Source of the DNA: Octopus bimaculoides
Lineage: Eukaryota
Assembly (NCBI RefSeq): GCF_001194135.2
Contig: NC_068987.1
Coordinates: 53,813,233-53,868,319, forward strand
Length of the DNA stretch: 55,087 bases
Direction of reading: 5' to 3'
A program made the position numbers and the translations under genes. Shown piece by piece: positions 35,786 through 49,145 of the stretch. Below the pieces are notes generated by a model that worked only from the letters and a program-made list of their open reading frames with translations, made no database searches and was not told the DNA's origin. The stretch's first letter is position 1, and the number at the start of each line of letters is the position of its first letter.

Positions 35786-36302
35786 NNNNNNNNNNNNNNN
35801 NNNNNNNNNNNNNNNNNNNNNNNNNNNNNNNNNNNNNNNNNNNNNNNNNNNNNNNNNNNNNNNNNNNNNNNNNNNNNNNNNNNNNNNNNNNNNNNNNNNN
35901 NNNNNNNNNNNNNNNNNNNNNNNNNNNNNNNNNNNNNNNNNNNNNNNNNNNNNNNNNNNNNNNNNNNNNNNNNNNNNNNNNNNNNNNNNNNNNNNNNNNN
36001 NNNNNNNNNNNNNNNNNNNNNNNNNNNNNNNNNNNNNNNNNNNNNNNNNNNNNNNNNNNNNNNNNNNNNNNNNNNNNNNNNNNNNNNNNNNNNNNNNNNN
36101 NNNNNNNNNNNNNNNNNNNNNNNNNNNNNNNNNNNNNNNNNNNNNNNNNNNNNNNNNNNNNNNNNNNNNNNNNNNNNNNNNNNNNNNNNNNNNNNNNNNN
36201 NNNNNNNNNNNNNNNNNNNNNNNNNNNNNNNNNNNNNNNNNNNNNNNNNNNNNNNNNNNNNNNNNNNNNNNNNNNNNNNNNNNNNNNNNNNNNNNNNNNN
36301 NN

Positions 36303-36449
36303 TTGGTTGGTTGGTTTGTTGGTTGGTTGGTTTTGTGGTTGGTTGGTTGGTTTGTTGGTTGGTTGGTTTTGTGGTTGGTTGGTTGGTTGGTTGGTTGGTT
36401 GGTTGGTTGGTTGGTTGGTTTTGTGGTTGGTTGGTTGGTTGGTTGGTTG
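36303..36449. repeat. (GGTT)n microsatellite with periodic variants
   Basis: Seen directly. Confidence 0.9.
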
Positions 36450-36779
36450 TTATGACGAATGGCTGACATGATGGAATAAGAGATGAAGGGAAGGGAAATT
36501 CAAGAAAGCAAAATTAATAAGAAGCACATAATTAACTCTGATGTTCAATTGGCCACATTATCGTGCGCAAACGTAGCATCTAATAATACCGAATAGTCAT
36601 ATTTCCATAAAATACAATAATAAAGGTCAGCTTAATACACCACTTTTATTTCATAACGAAACGGCTCCTAGTTCACGTACAGTTTTCCTGCTTTAAACAT
36701 TACTAAAACACTAGCTCGCCCCGTGCCGTCCAAAATGACGGCTAATCATCAAAACCGTCAAAATATGCCACCATTATCG

Positions 36780-38190
36780 CCTCAATATTTTTCTCAATGC
36801 ACAAGGCATCAGCCCTTCCACCAATTCTCAAAAGTGGAAGATCCAATTTATTGAGGACTGGGTTAATGAACATTCACACCATATCCCTTTCTTCGTCCTC
36901 ACAGAGACCCATCTCAATAACCTCCACTTGGAAGCTGAGGTAAGAGTGAAGGATTTTACAGCTATCCGTGTAGATTGTGTCGGCAGAAGAAAGGATGGGA
37001 CCGCTATTTTGTAAACGATTCTTTTTCGGTTGGAACAATGGACGTATTTACCAATAGCTACTGTGAAGCAGCTTCTATGTATAGTAAAACCAACAATTTA
37101 ACAGTAGTTGTGCTCTATAGGCCACCCCTAACTCCTTTACTACGCTTCAAGGAATGTCTCAACAGTATTAAGTGTTTCATCCATCAGTGTCATGCTGACA
37201 ACATATTAATGATGGGTGACTTCAACCTTCCCAGTGTTGGTTGATCCACAAACAGCTTGTGGATCAATCAATGCTGTGTTTGAGGGAATCCGATTAGGCT
37301 CAGCCAAAGTCAGTAATGGTGTCCCACCAGGTACTGTTTTGGGCCCACTCCTCTTCGTTATCTACATCAATGACATAGTATACCCCATCAAACATTCTAC
37401 ATTGAAAATCATTGCAGATGATTCCAAACTACCTTATGCCCTTTCCTCAGGCGATTCCCGAGTGTCATCCAACAAACCAGAGACCTTAGAGTAGTTGTTG
37501 ATAATCTAAGCTGGAGTTTCCACATAAACAACAAGGTTGGGTTGACCTGCAAGATGTGCTCCTGGATTCTGAGAACATTCCTTCTCTACTCTACTTTTGC
37601 CCGACCCCACCTTGAATACTGTTGTCCACTGTGGTCTCCCCATTCGAAGCAACTCATTACGAAAGTGGAAGCACTCCAGAGGTCAATAACAAGAAAGATA
37701 GACGGCATCACCGGCACTGACCGTTGACGTCGACTAAAAAAGCTCAATCTCTTCTCTCTCTCCAACGTCGCCGGTAACACTACATAATTTGTGTGATGTG
37801 GAAAATATTCCATCAATATTGTACAAATGATGTTGGCATCAGTTTTAAAATCCACCCAAGACTTGCTATCCTCCCACTACAAAAGTCGAACTCAGGACAA
37901 ATTGTAACATTACGACGCAACTAATTTACCTCAACTGGTCCAGTTCTCTATTATATCATACCAAAATAGTCAAAACGGAGACGGGTTCCATAAAATTCAA
38001 ACGTTTCCTGGACAGGTTTCTTCAAAAAATCCTGGACCAACCTTCTACACCCGGATATGTCTCCAACAATGATCATTCTTTGCAAGAATGGGCCATGGTG
38101 TCCCATATATGAATAAAAGACTTCACCAAGTGGTGCTATTATGTTAGACATATCCTGGGCCTATATTGGCCGAAACCTATTAAAGTATTG
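36780..38190 (+). mobile_element. CR1-group LINE relic (APE endonuclease + RT), multiply internally deleted
   Basis: FLNAQGI...FFVLTETHL...VLYRPP...MMGDFNLP (APE endonuclease); GVPPGTVLGPLLFVIYINDI...IADDSKL (RT); RPHLEYCCPLWSP...VEALQRSITRKI (thumb). The 3' end lies near AACCTATTAAAGTA. Confidence 0.85.
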
Positions 38191-39130
38191 NNNNNNNNNN
38201 NNNNNNNNNNNNNNNNNNNNNNNNNNNNNNNNNNNNNNNNNNNNNNNNNNNNNNNNNNNNNNNNNNNNNNNNNNNNNNNNNNNNNNNNNNNNNNNNNNNN
38301 NNNNNNNNNNNNNNNNNNNNNNNNNNNNNNNNNNNNNNNNNNNNNNNNNNNNNNNNNNNNNNNNNNNNNNNNNNNNNNNNNNNNNNNNNNNNNNNNNNNN
38401 NNNNNNNNNNNNNNNNNNNNNNNNNNNNNNNNNNNNNNNNNNNNNNNNNNNNNNNNNNNNNNNNNNNNNNNNNNNNNNNNNNNNNNNNNNNNNNNNNNNN
38501 NNNNNNNNNNNNNNNNNNNNNNNNNNNNNNNNNNNNNNNNNNNNNNNNNNNNNNNNNNNNNNNNNNNNNNNNNNNNNNNNNNNNNNNNNNNNNNNNNNNN
38601 NNNNNNNNNNNNNNNNNNNNNNNNNNNNNNNNNNNNNNNNNNNNNNNNNNNNNNNNNNNNNNNNNNNNNNNNNNNNNNNNNNNNNNNNNNNNNNNNNNNN
38701 NNNNNNNNNNNNNTGTGTATTTATAATATACTTTTCAACTCCAGTCATTTTATATTCTTTATACACTCAGGCAATAATTATTTTCTCCAATAAGTTTGTA
38801 TGTGTATATGTTTGTGTATGTGTGATTGTAATTATAATAATTATTTTTAACGAAACAGATAGAATATGGATGGTAAATCAAATTAATACACTTGCTAATG
38901 TTATCTAGTGGTTGTATTTTGAGATGTGACATCGATCCTCGTTTGTTACTGAAAGAAAGCTGAATCGCACATACAAACACTCACATGCTTCCCTTGTACA
39001 CGCACACGCATAGACACATATACCCGCACATATTTGAAACACTGTTTGATTTTTCTTCTCGGTGTTGAATGTTTACCATCCCACTTCGATTGCAAACACA
39101 CATACACACACACACATATACACACACACA

Positions 39131-39173
<43 letters not shown>

Positions 39174-39984
39174 ACAAACATTCACATACCTCCCTTTTAC
39201 ATACACATATACTCACACAGAGTTGAAACGCTGTTTGATATTTTTCACAGTAGAATTTGTATCATCTCACTACCAGTTTGCTATTACCCCTTCGTTCTTT
39301 CCTTATTCATCTATCACCCATTCCTTTCTCATTCATATGTTGTAACGGAGAGAAACACAAGAATATGATTATAGTAGATACTCGCATACGTTTTGTATTG
39401 GTATTTTTTCAGACGGGTTTCACTGCGTAATGTTCAGCAGGACCATCGATGACGGAGCTGTCTTTTACCAATTATGTCAATACGATGTATACTTATCAGG
39501 GTGGTAACAAAATGATGACGAAGAGATTGAGTCACATAACCCAATCAGTGGCAGAAACATCACTAAATATTTCGTCTTGATACTTCGTATCTCGGACAAG
39601 CTGGCCTACGAGGCAGAATTTTGCCCGAGCCATTGTGAAAGAAGTAGGACAAAGGAATAAAATAAACGCGAATTTTATCAGTTCTGCTTCTGATTTTAAT
39701 TTTTATTTATTTGTTCGCTTATTTTATTATCTACTTCTTACGGATTATAGCAACCTGTTGCATATTTTAATTAGGAGGATTAAGATTTATGTTTGTTTCA
39801 GTGTCTTTAGTAAGATATCAAATGCTCCATTGTCCTAAATGATCGTTGACATCCAGAAAACCTATCAATAGCGGCACGCAGAGAAGAAATGACAATGCAC
39901 ATAATTTACAGCATACGTGTAGAATTGCTTCGAAAGTATAGTTTGTCACGCTTTATAGATATTGTTTTTTTTTTACTTTTGTCT

Positions 39985-40385
39985 TCTAATGTGTTTCAGT
40001 CATTGGACTGCGACCATGCTGGAGCAACAGCTTGAAGAGTTTAGACGAACAATCGACCCCAGTAATTTTTGTTTCTTTAAACCTGGTACTCATTCTATCG
40101 ATATCTTTTGACGAACCGCTATTTTACGTGGATGTAAACACAACACCGACTGTCGAGCGCTGGTGACGGGAGCTAAAATAATTGCACAAAGACAACCACA
40201 TACACACACACACACACACACACATGCACCCATCCAAAGGGGTACAATTCACAATATCCACTCTCGAAGCTTGGTTGGGCTCGAGTTATTGTAGGAGTCA
40301 TATATCAAAGAAGTCACGCAGTGGGACTTACTCCGGAATCATGTGGTTGCGAAGCAAATCTTACCACAAAGCAACGCTTGCGCCT
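39985..40385 (-). mobile_element. SINE family 1, diverged full-length copy
   Basis: CAGTCATTGGACTGCGACCATGCTGGAGC...CA tract...CACGCAGTGGGACT...CATGTGGTTGCGAAGCAA. Confidence 0.75.
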
Positions 40386-41773
40386 ATATATATAAAATTT
40401 TACTAGAACGGTCTGGTACTTATCTATGATATCTAATCAAACTAAATATATGTAAAATAAACTGTTCGATCAAAATCCACAATGCATTTCATGAATGAAC
40501 AGAGAATGTTTTAGGCGGGGTCTCGACCTGGTAGAAACAGTAGTTAAATCTCTCTTCAATCATACCATCATATCTTGAGGGAGACAAAAATTAGAAATGA
40601 TACATTGGATAATTTAGATCTCGGTATATTTTGTTTCTAAACCAGAGATAAACCTAATCGCTACAAAAGCCTTGATCATCGGCGTGCCAAATCATGACTG
40701 ACATGGGATTAAAGCACAAAAATACAATTTGAAAGTATGACTAATGATGAGATAGTACAATATTATCTCCTCGTTATAATAATAAATTATTAAATTTTAC
40801 AGGTTCGTTACTCACGATTCCTGACAGCTAAAGGCAATCCAAAGATGAATCGCTATGTACGTTTCTGAACGCGCGACCATATATACATACTTATACATTA
40901 GCAAGCGTATGTGTTTGTATATTCTGGTCTACACATATGTATACGTATTTGTGCAGGCTTGTTATTGTGTTTGATTGTTCAAAAGAATGGAAGCTAAAGA
41001 CCAATAAGTAACGTACTGGGTGAACTCAATATGTGAGCTTTAATTAAGATTCCAGTGTCTTCAGGAAAGTTATACCGTAAACAATTCTCGTCTGCATTAG
41101 CCTCAACGTAAATAGGGAATGTCATTATTCGGTGAAATTTTCACGTTAAAAATATTCAAACTAGTCTCTGAAATTTCATCATACTAAGTTGTTCAAATTG
41201 TTTCCTTTCCGTGATTGATTGTGTCTGTNNNNNNNNNNNNNNNNNNNNNNNNNNNNNNNNNNNNNNNNNNNNNNNNNNNNNNNNNNNNNNNNNNNNNNNN
41301 NNNNNNNNNNNNNNNNNNNNNNNNNNNNNNNNNNNNNNNNNNNNNNNNNNNNNNNNNNNNNNNNNNNNNNNNNNNNNNNNNNNNNNNNNNNNNNNNNNNN
41401 NNNNNNNNNNNNNNNNNNNNNNNNNNNNNNNNNNNNNNNNNNNNNNNNNNNNNNNNNNNNNNNNNNNNNNNNNNNNNNNNNNNNNNNNNNNNNNNNNNNN
41501 NNNNNNNNNNNNNNNNNNNNNNNNNNNNNNNNNNNNNNNNNNNNNNNNNNNNNNTATATATATATGAACATTATTTATAAATCTCTCAACGAGAGACATG
41601 CAGTAACAGTACTTTCAAGTAAAGATTATTTGCCAATATAATATGGCAGACCGGTTGAGATGAATGCTAGTAGTGTTTAGCAACTGTGTAAACAACATGA
41701 AATACAAAAACAAACGTGTTAAATACACAAGCAACGAGAGCAAGAAATGGAAAACAGGACAAGTAACACGGAT

Positions 41774-42580
41774 AACGACCCTTCATCAGTTGTCGACTGT
41801 CTATCTACTCCTCATTTCTGGCATTCAACGACAATACGAGTCTTCGAAGAGAGTTGCTCCTATAAATTCAAGGCTAAAATTTTGGATTTATGAGAACAAA
41901 AACAGAACAGTGGAGACATACAAGGAAAGCGAACAAAAACAAATATGGAGGGTCGTTAGACCAGAACGAGAGGAAAATACTGAATTTTGCATGTTGTTTA
42001 GACAGTTGGTGACGTCCTGTACCAATATATGCACATATATTTATATTATCATTTAATTGGACACCACGCATCCATTTCCAAGTAAGTTTATCTTAGCCTT
42101 TTTGATGCGACTATACTCTATACTGTTCCCCCATTCTTCTCTAATTTCCTTTTCTCCCCTTCACCGTTTTCTATCTGTCTCTCTCCCATCTTTCTCTTTT
42201 TTCATTCTCTCTCTCGTTGCTCACACGTGACCATCGTCAATCTTTCTTTTCCTCGTGTTACCATCTTTTTTTCCTACACGGTCTTTCAAAAGAACGGACG
42301 TGTTTTTTCTCTCACTCCTATCTTTTCTCTTTTCAAAAACAAATGTTTCTCTCAGCGTTCACTATTTTCTTTTCTTTTTGGTCTAACGACCCTCCATGTT
42401 TGTTTTCGTTCGGCTTCCTTGTATGTCTCCACTGTCCTGTTTTTGTTCCCAACTGTGACCCTCCATAAATCCAAAATCTTATTTTGGAATTTATTGGAGC
42501 AACGGTCTTCGAAGACTCATATTGTCGTTGAATGGTTGAAATGAGAAGAAGGTAGACAGTTGACAACTAATGAACGGTCG
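41774..42580. repeat. Inverted pair of a ~210-bp repeat (probably PLE-related)
   Basis: 41774-41985 aligns by eye to the reverse complement of 42356-42580 (about 80% identity, one ~18-bp indel). Confidence 0.8.
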
Positions 42581-43144
42581 TTCTCCGTGNNNNNNNNNNN
42601 NNNNNNNNNNNNNNNNNNNNNNNNNNNNNNNNNNNNNNNNNNNNNNNNNNNNNNNNNNNNNNNNNNNNNNNNNNNNNNNNNNNNNNNNNNNNNNNNNNNN
42701 NNNNNNNNNNNNNNNNNNNNNNNNNNNNNNNNNNNNNNNNNNNNNNNNNNNNNNNNNNNNNNNNNNNNNNNNNNNNNNNNNNNNNNNNNNNNNNNNNNNN
42801 NNNNNNNNNNNNNNNNNNNNNNNNNNNNNNNNNNNNNNNNNNTATATATATATATATTATCATTATTATGATTATAATTTAATTGAACGCCACGTATCTA
42901 TTTCCAAGTAAGTATATATATGTATACATATCAGGAATCAAAGAGGTTTAATAAGAAAATAACAGTTGTTTCTGGGGGTTTAGTGGTCCAATATACTGAT
43001 TCTAAGTTGATTCCATCATCGGATATCACTTACCTCCGTCTTCAGGGAAGAATTTTGTATTAGAAGTGTTGACAAAATGGAGTCTAAAGATGGAATGATT
43101 TTGTTGAGAACTAAATGTATTAAAATTTGGCAACCTCGGTTGGG

Positions 43145-43310
43145 ATGAATGCTACTGCTGTTTAGCCCTAGGAAACATATTTTCCAGCTGGCTATACAAC
43201 ACACTATTTGTGTCCTTCCATTTTCGAACAGGATAGTTTAGCATCAAAAAGTGTGTCGTATAGTCAGTTGGAGACGATGTTTCCTGGGCCTAAACAACAG
43301 TAGCATTCAT
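43145..43310. mobile_element. Fold-back/MITE-like palindromic element (~61-bp arms, 44-nt loop)
   Basis: Left arm 43145-43205 pairs with right arm 43250-43310; mismatches are mostly transitions. A related copy lies at 41565-41690. Confidence 0.75.
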
Positions 43311-44581
43311 TGCAGCCAGGACTGCCATATCATATTGGCAAATAATCTTTACTTTAAAGTGCTGTTACTGTATGTCTCACGTTGGGACATTTAGCAATAA
43401 TAATGTTTCTGTTTAGTAGATCAGTGATTATGCATCACTTTGTAAACTATATATTAACGAACGGAGGATTGAGGGGTGCCACTCTCAGCCGAGTGAATAT
43501 TCTGTATTGNNNNNNNNNNNNNNNNNNNNNNNNNNNNNNNNNNNNNNNNNNNNNNNNNNNNNNNNNNNNNNNNNNNNNNNNNNNNNNNNNNNNNNNNNNN
43601 NNNNNNNNNNNNNNNNNNNNNNNNNNNNNNNNNNNNNNNNNNNNNNNNNNNNNNNNNNNNNNNNNNNNNNNNNNNNNNNNNNNNNNNNNNNNNNNNNNNN
43701 NNNNNNNNNNNNNNNNNNNNNNNNNNNNNNNNNNNNNNNNNNNNNNNNNNNNNNNNNNNNNNNNNNNNNNNNNNNNNNNNNNNNNNNNNNNNNNNNNNNN
43801 NNNNNNNNNNNNNNNNNNNNNNNNNNNNNNNNNNNNNNNNNNNNNNNNNNNNNNNNNNNNNNNNNNNNNNNNNNNNNNNNNNNNNNNNNNNNNNNNNNNN
43901 NNNNNNNNNNNNNNNNNNNNNNNNNNNNNNNNNNNNNNNNNNNNNNNNNNNNNNNNNNNNNNNNNNNNNNNNNNNNNNNNNNNNNNNNNNNNNNNNNNNN
44001 NNNNNNNNNNNNNNNNNNNNNNNNNNNNNNNNNNNNNNNNNNNNNNNNNNNNNNNNNNNNNNNNNNNNNNNNNNNNNNNNNNNNNNNNNNNNNNNNNNNN
44101 NNNNNNNNNNNNNNNNNNNNNNNNNNNNNNNNNNNNNNNNNNNNNNNNNNNNNNNNNNNNNNNNNNNNNNNNNNNNNNNNNNNNNNNNNNNNNNNNNNNN
44201 NNNNNNNNNNNNNNNNNNNNNNNNNNNNNNNNNNNNNNNNNNNNNNNNNNNNNNNNNNNNNNNNNNNNNNNNNNNNNNNNNNNNNNNNNNNNNNNNNNNN
44301 NNNNNNNNNNNNNNNNNNNNNNNNNNNNNNNNNNNNNNNNNNNNNNNNNNNNNNNNNNNNNNNNNNNNNNNNNNNNNNNNNNNNNNNNNNNNNNNNNNNN
44401 NNNNNNNNNNNNNNNNNNNNNNNNNNNNNNNNNNNNNNNNNNNNNNNNNNNNNNNNNNNNNNNNNNNNNNNNNNNNNNNNNNNNNNNNNNNNNNNNNNNN
44501 NNNNTTCCAATAAATTATATCCCTCTACTTTTTTCATTGTATACACGCTTTTCTCTTCTTTCCTTATCTCTAAGTATAAAC

Positions 44582-44623
<42 letters not shown>

Positions 44624-45024
44624 CTGTGTGTAGAAAAGATGTGTATTCCCACGCAGGAAATAATATATGAGAGATTGGAGTTACAAGGAAAAATTCAGGA
44701 AAATACATTTAAAAGATCAAACGTCCATACAAATTGCAATATTCAATAAGTTTCACAGAGATAAACAGTAATACAAGTTCAAATGTTCGATGAATTTTAT
44801 AACAGTCGTACATGATCGAAAGTTCAGTAAGATTTAGCTATATTAACAATTAAATACGATGAAAGTTTTAACAGAGTAAGAAAAAACAGAAAGAATAAAG
44901 TTTCTTTTTTACGATTTTTGTCGTAGAGCATGAAAGAGGTTCTTCGTCGCTGGATTTACTGCTGAGAGCTTGTTCTATTTTAAGCCGAAATTGCTATGTA
45001 TATATACAGTAATGATTTCAAATT

Positions 45025-45193
45025 CTGATTGGTTGTAAACTTAATGACATCACTTGATTTTGTCCGCCTGTGGCCTCCGGTATTTTGGCTAGCTAGGCGA
45101 CTGCTTGAATATATCACTTGTTTCACATATTTCGGTTTGGCGGAAATTCAGCGTTGTGGTTGATTGACTTCCTGGTGATGTCATTTGTTTACC
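45025..45193. promoter_or_regulatory. CpG-richer island with paired FOX-like + CRE-like motifs, CCAAT, E2F-like and ETS motifs (or an old MITE)
   Basis: ATTGG 45028-45032, GTAAAC 45035-45040, TGACATCA 45045-45052, TTTGGCGGAAA 45136-45146, ACTTCCTGG 45167-45175, TGATGTCA 45176-45183, TGTTTAC 45186-45192. Confidence 0.3.
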
Positions 45194-45917
45194 GACCGCT
45201 GCAAAGGAGAGCATACCCACTGACAGCTTTTCAGTGCGTCCAAGAACCACATAAACCCCCAACCATCACTTTTCCATGACAGGTTAGGGCCAAGAATCCA
45301 CTCAGTTTTTTTCTCAATTTTTAATTTGTATTTATTTCTCTTATTTAATTTTTTTTTTAATATATAGATGAGGGGTGGATAGAGCCCCTCTGTTTACCCA
45401 AGCCATGGCGAAGGCAGTCTACGTAGGAGAAAGTAACTCTGAATTTAAATACTTCACTGCTGTCTTGTAGTTAGTCTTTGGTTGTGCAAAGACTGGGAGA
45501 AGGACACTCTGATATAAAACCTGCAACTTCAAATGCATCCAATGATCTTGACTTGCTCTTCTTCTTGGATCATGCTTTGTAGTTAAGAGAGTGAGAATAG
45601 TTGCTGTGCAAAACTTTTCCTTACTTTAAAAAGTATCAAGTACAGGTATTGCTGGAGAGGAAAAGAAATGGCTATTTTTGTATAGAACTGTTAGTGACGT
45701 CACTGGATAGCTAAAGAATAAAAAATAAAGATAAGAATACTACGTTATCATTAATGGAACTCATATATTTTACGTCACACCAATTAGTTATCTATTTAAT
45801 CATTATCTAAAACCTTTTAGAAGAATTAGCCTTATTACATAGTATTTAAAAAATTAATAATTGAAAAATATGATTATATATATAAACATATATATAACCT
45901 ATAGACACACACACATA

Positions 45918-45958
<41 letters not shown>

Positions 45959-47220
45959 NNNNNNNNNNNNNNNNNNNNNNNNNNNNNNNNNNNNNNNNNN
46001 NNNNNNNNNNNNNNNNNNNNNNNNNNNNNNNNNNNNNNNNNNNNNNNNNNNNNNNNNNNNNNNNNNNNNNNNNNNNNNNNNNNNNNNNNNNNNNNNNNNN
46101 NNNNNNNNNNNNNNNNNNNNNNNNNNNNNNNNNNNNNNNNNNNNNNNNNNNNNNNNNNNNNNNNNNNNNNNNNNNNNNNNNNNNNNNNNNNNNNNNNNNN
46201 NNNNNNNNNNNNNNNNNNNNNNNNNNNNNNNNNNNNNNNNNNNNNNNNNNNNNNNNNNNNNNNNNNNNNNNNNNNNNNNNNNNNNNNNNNNNNNNNNNNN
46301 NNNNNNNNNNNNNNNNNNNNNNNNNNNNNNNNNNNNNNNNNNNNNNNNNNNNNNNNNNNNNNNNNNNNNNNNNNNNNNNNNNNNNNNNNNNNNNNNNNNN
46401 NNNNNNNNNNNNNNNNNNNNNNNNNNNNNNNNNNNNNNNNNNNNNNNNNNNNNNNNNNNNNNNNNNNATATGTGTATTTATATATATATATGTGTGTATT
46501 TATATATATATATATATGTGTGTGTATATATATATATGTATATATGTATATATGTATGTATAGACATGGATATAAAGACACACACACACATACATACACA
46601 CACATACAAATATACCTATCAGCCGTACTTTTAATCTTTTGACCTAAATCTCATTCCACACTCTTTCGCTTCATCTTTCTCACTCACTCCCCAACGTTCT
46701 CTCCCTCACTATCTCTTTCACTCTAGCTATTTCACTAACTGTTTTTTATTCTCTTTGCTCTTTTTTATGCAATGATTTATCAGAGAATAAACCTTTCTTT
46801 CTCCGTACACCAGATCGTTCATATCCAACATTACGATATTGCTCTTCGGTTACTCTTAGCTATAAGAAATTTTACTATTCATTCGTCTTATTTAGAGTAT
46901 ATTATTGCTTTATTTATACATTCATTCATTTATTATGTATATTGTATTTATTCTACTTTATTCGATAACATTATTGCTCTCCTAGCGCCTTATACGCTTC
47001 TCCCTTTTAGCCAATGTATTTAATTTTCTTTTCTTTGCCTATATCTTATTGAGTGGCGACCTTTTTTTTATATTTACACATATATAAATAAACGTAAGTG
47101 CCTGTACACGTACACATGCAGACACTCACACATGCACACACAATTAGTGTGGTTGCGGTGGAGAGAGATATAAAAGTAGCGGTAAATGCAAACACACACA
47201 CGTACGCACACATATATATC

Positions 47221-47268
<48 letters not shown>

Positions 47269-47942
47269 NNNNNNNNNNNNNNNNNNNNNNNNNNNNNNNN
47301 NNNNNNNNNNNNNNNNNNNNNNNNNNNNNNNNNNNNNNNNNNNNNNNNNNNNNNNNNNNNNNNNNNNNNNNNNNNNNNNNNNNNNNNNNNNNNNNNNNNN
47401 NNNNNNNNNNNNNNNNNNNNNNNNNNNNNNNNNNNNNNNNNNNNNNNNNNNNNNNNNNNNNNNNNNNNNNNNNNNNNNNNNNNNNNNNNNNNNNNNNNNN
47501 NNNNNNNNNNNNNNNNNNNNNNNNNNNNNNNNNNNNNNNNNNNNNNNNNNNNNNNNNNNNNNNNNNNNNNNNNNNNNNNNNNNNNNNNNNNNNNNNNNNN
47601 NNNNNNNNNNNNNNNNNNNNNNNNNNNNNNNNNNNNNNNNNNNNNNNNNNNNNNNNNNNNNNNNNNNNNNNNNNNNNNNNNNNNNNNNNNNNNNNNNNNN
47701 NNNNNNNNNNNNNNNNNNNNNNNNNNNNNNNNNNNNNNNNNNNNNNNNNNNNNNNNNNNNNNNNNNNNNNNNNNNNNNNNNNNNNNNNNNNNNNNNNNNN
47801 NNNNNNNNNNNNNNNNNNNNNNNNNNNNGTGTGTGTATGTATGTATGTATGTATGTATAGCATACACATACACATTTATATATATATAGCTATATTCACA
47901 GGAACACACATATATATGTATGTAGGTATGTATGTACGTATG

Positions 47943-47981
<39 letters not shown>

Positions 47982-48050
47982 CTGCAACATTAACTTATCT
48001 AGCTCAATATATAGATTATATGGAGTTAAAAAGACTGACAGAACAGGAGT

Positions 48051-48100
<50 letters not shown>

Positions 48101-48334
48101 CATTCATACATACATACATACATACATACATACATACGTCCATCCATACACGCATACATACCTACTTACATTCATGACTTGAAGTAAACAAACCCATGCT
48201 TGACGTTTGAGAATGTTTTTATTAAATTTGCTTTGAATATGATCTCCTACATTAATGCCACTACTCATAGGCTTATTAAATAACTGGTTAGTCGTTTGAT
48301 TACATTAGCTGAAGGACCTTCGTATTTAATACCG

Positions 48335-48550
48335 CTTTGAAATGTTTGCACTAAGCCAATATTTCAGGGAAGGTTGTAAGTAGATCACATCGCATTAACC
48401 CCAGTTCTCAACTGATACTCATTTTATCAACCCCGAAAGAATGAAAGGCAAAGTCGACCTCGGCGGAATTTGAACTCAGAACATAAAGACGAACGAAATG
48501 CCACAAAGTATTTTGCCCGACCCACTGACGATTCTGTCAGGTCGTCACCT
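48335..48550 (-). mobile_element. SINE family 2
   Basis: TTTTATCAACCCCGAAAGAATGAAAGGCAAAGTCGACCTCGGCGGAATTTGAACTCAGAAC...GACGATTCTGTCAG. Confidence 0.8.
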
Positions 48551-48964
48551 TAATTTTGTAGTTAATATGGTAGGGACGTGTGTGTCACAGTTGAATTTAT
48601 CGTGCAAGGAATGAGTAAGCAAATATATGATTGGACACTACGACAAAATTATCATCGAAAACCCGAGGAACATTTGAATGGATAAAAGATAGGTTGGGTG
48701 ATATTATTTGTGGTAGTTATACAAAAAAATGAAATGATAGCTAACATTATTAGATATATCCCACGTGATATGTCGGACTCTGTTAATGGAAAGAATCGTT
48801 AGAACATCGGATGAAAATCTTCGAGATACGTATTTTGATGCCCTGTTTTCTGAGACAAAGACCGATAATGTGAACATTGTTTTTCATCTTACTGCGATTG
48901 TTTCATATAGAATGATGGACTGGCACAAACGTTAGAATGTTTGACGAATTGTCTTTCGGTATTT

Positions 48965-49145
48965 CTTGACAACCGATGCTGGTGTGTTTACGTCCCCGTA
49001 TCTTAGCGGTTCGGCAAAAGAGACCGATAGAATAATTACTAGGCTTCCAAAGAATAAGTCCTGGATCGATTTGCTCGACTAAAGGCGGTGCTCCAGCATG
49101 GCCGCAGTCAAATGACTGAAACAAGTAAAAGAGTTAAAGAGAGTA
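48965..49145 (+). mobile_element. SINE family 1, isolated young tail module
   Basis: CTTGACAACCGATGCTGG...GCGGTGCTCCAGCATGGCCGCAGTCAAATGACTGAAACAAGTAAAAGAG, with no head upstream. Confidence 0.85.

Noticed and set aside
39413-39507. Plus-strand exon candidate DGFHCVMFSRTIDDGAVFYQLCQYDVYLSGW
   Set aside because: Good acceptor but weak donor or an immediate stop; no partner exon or recognisable domain. It would need RNA-seq support.
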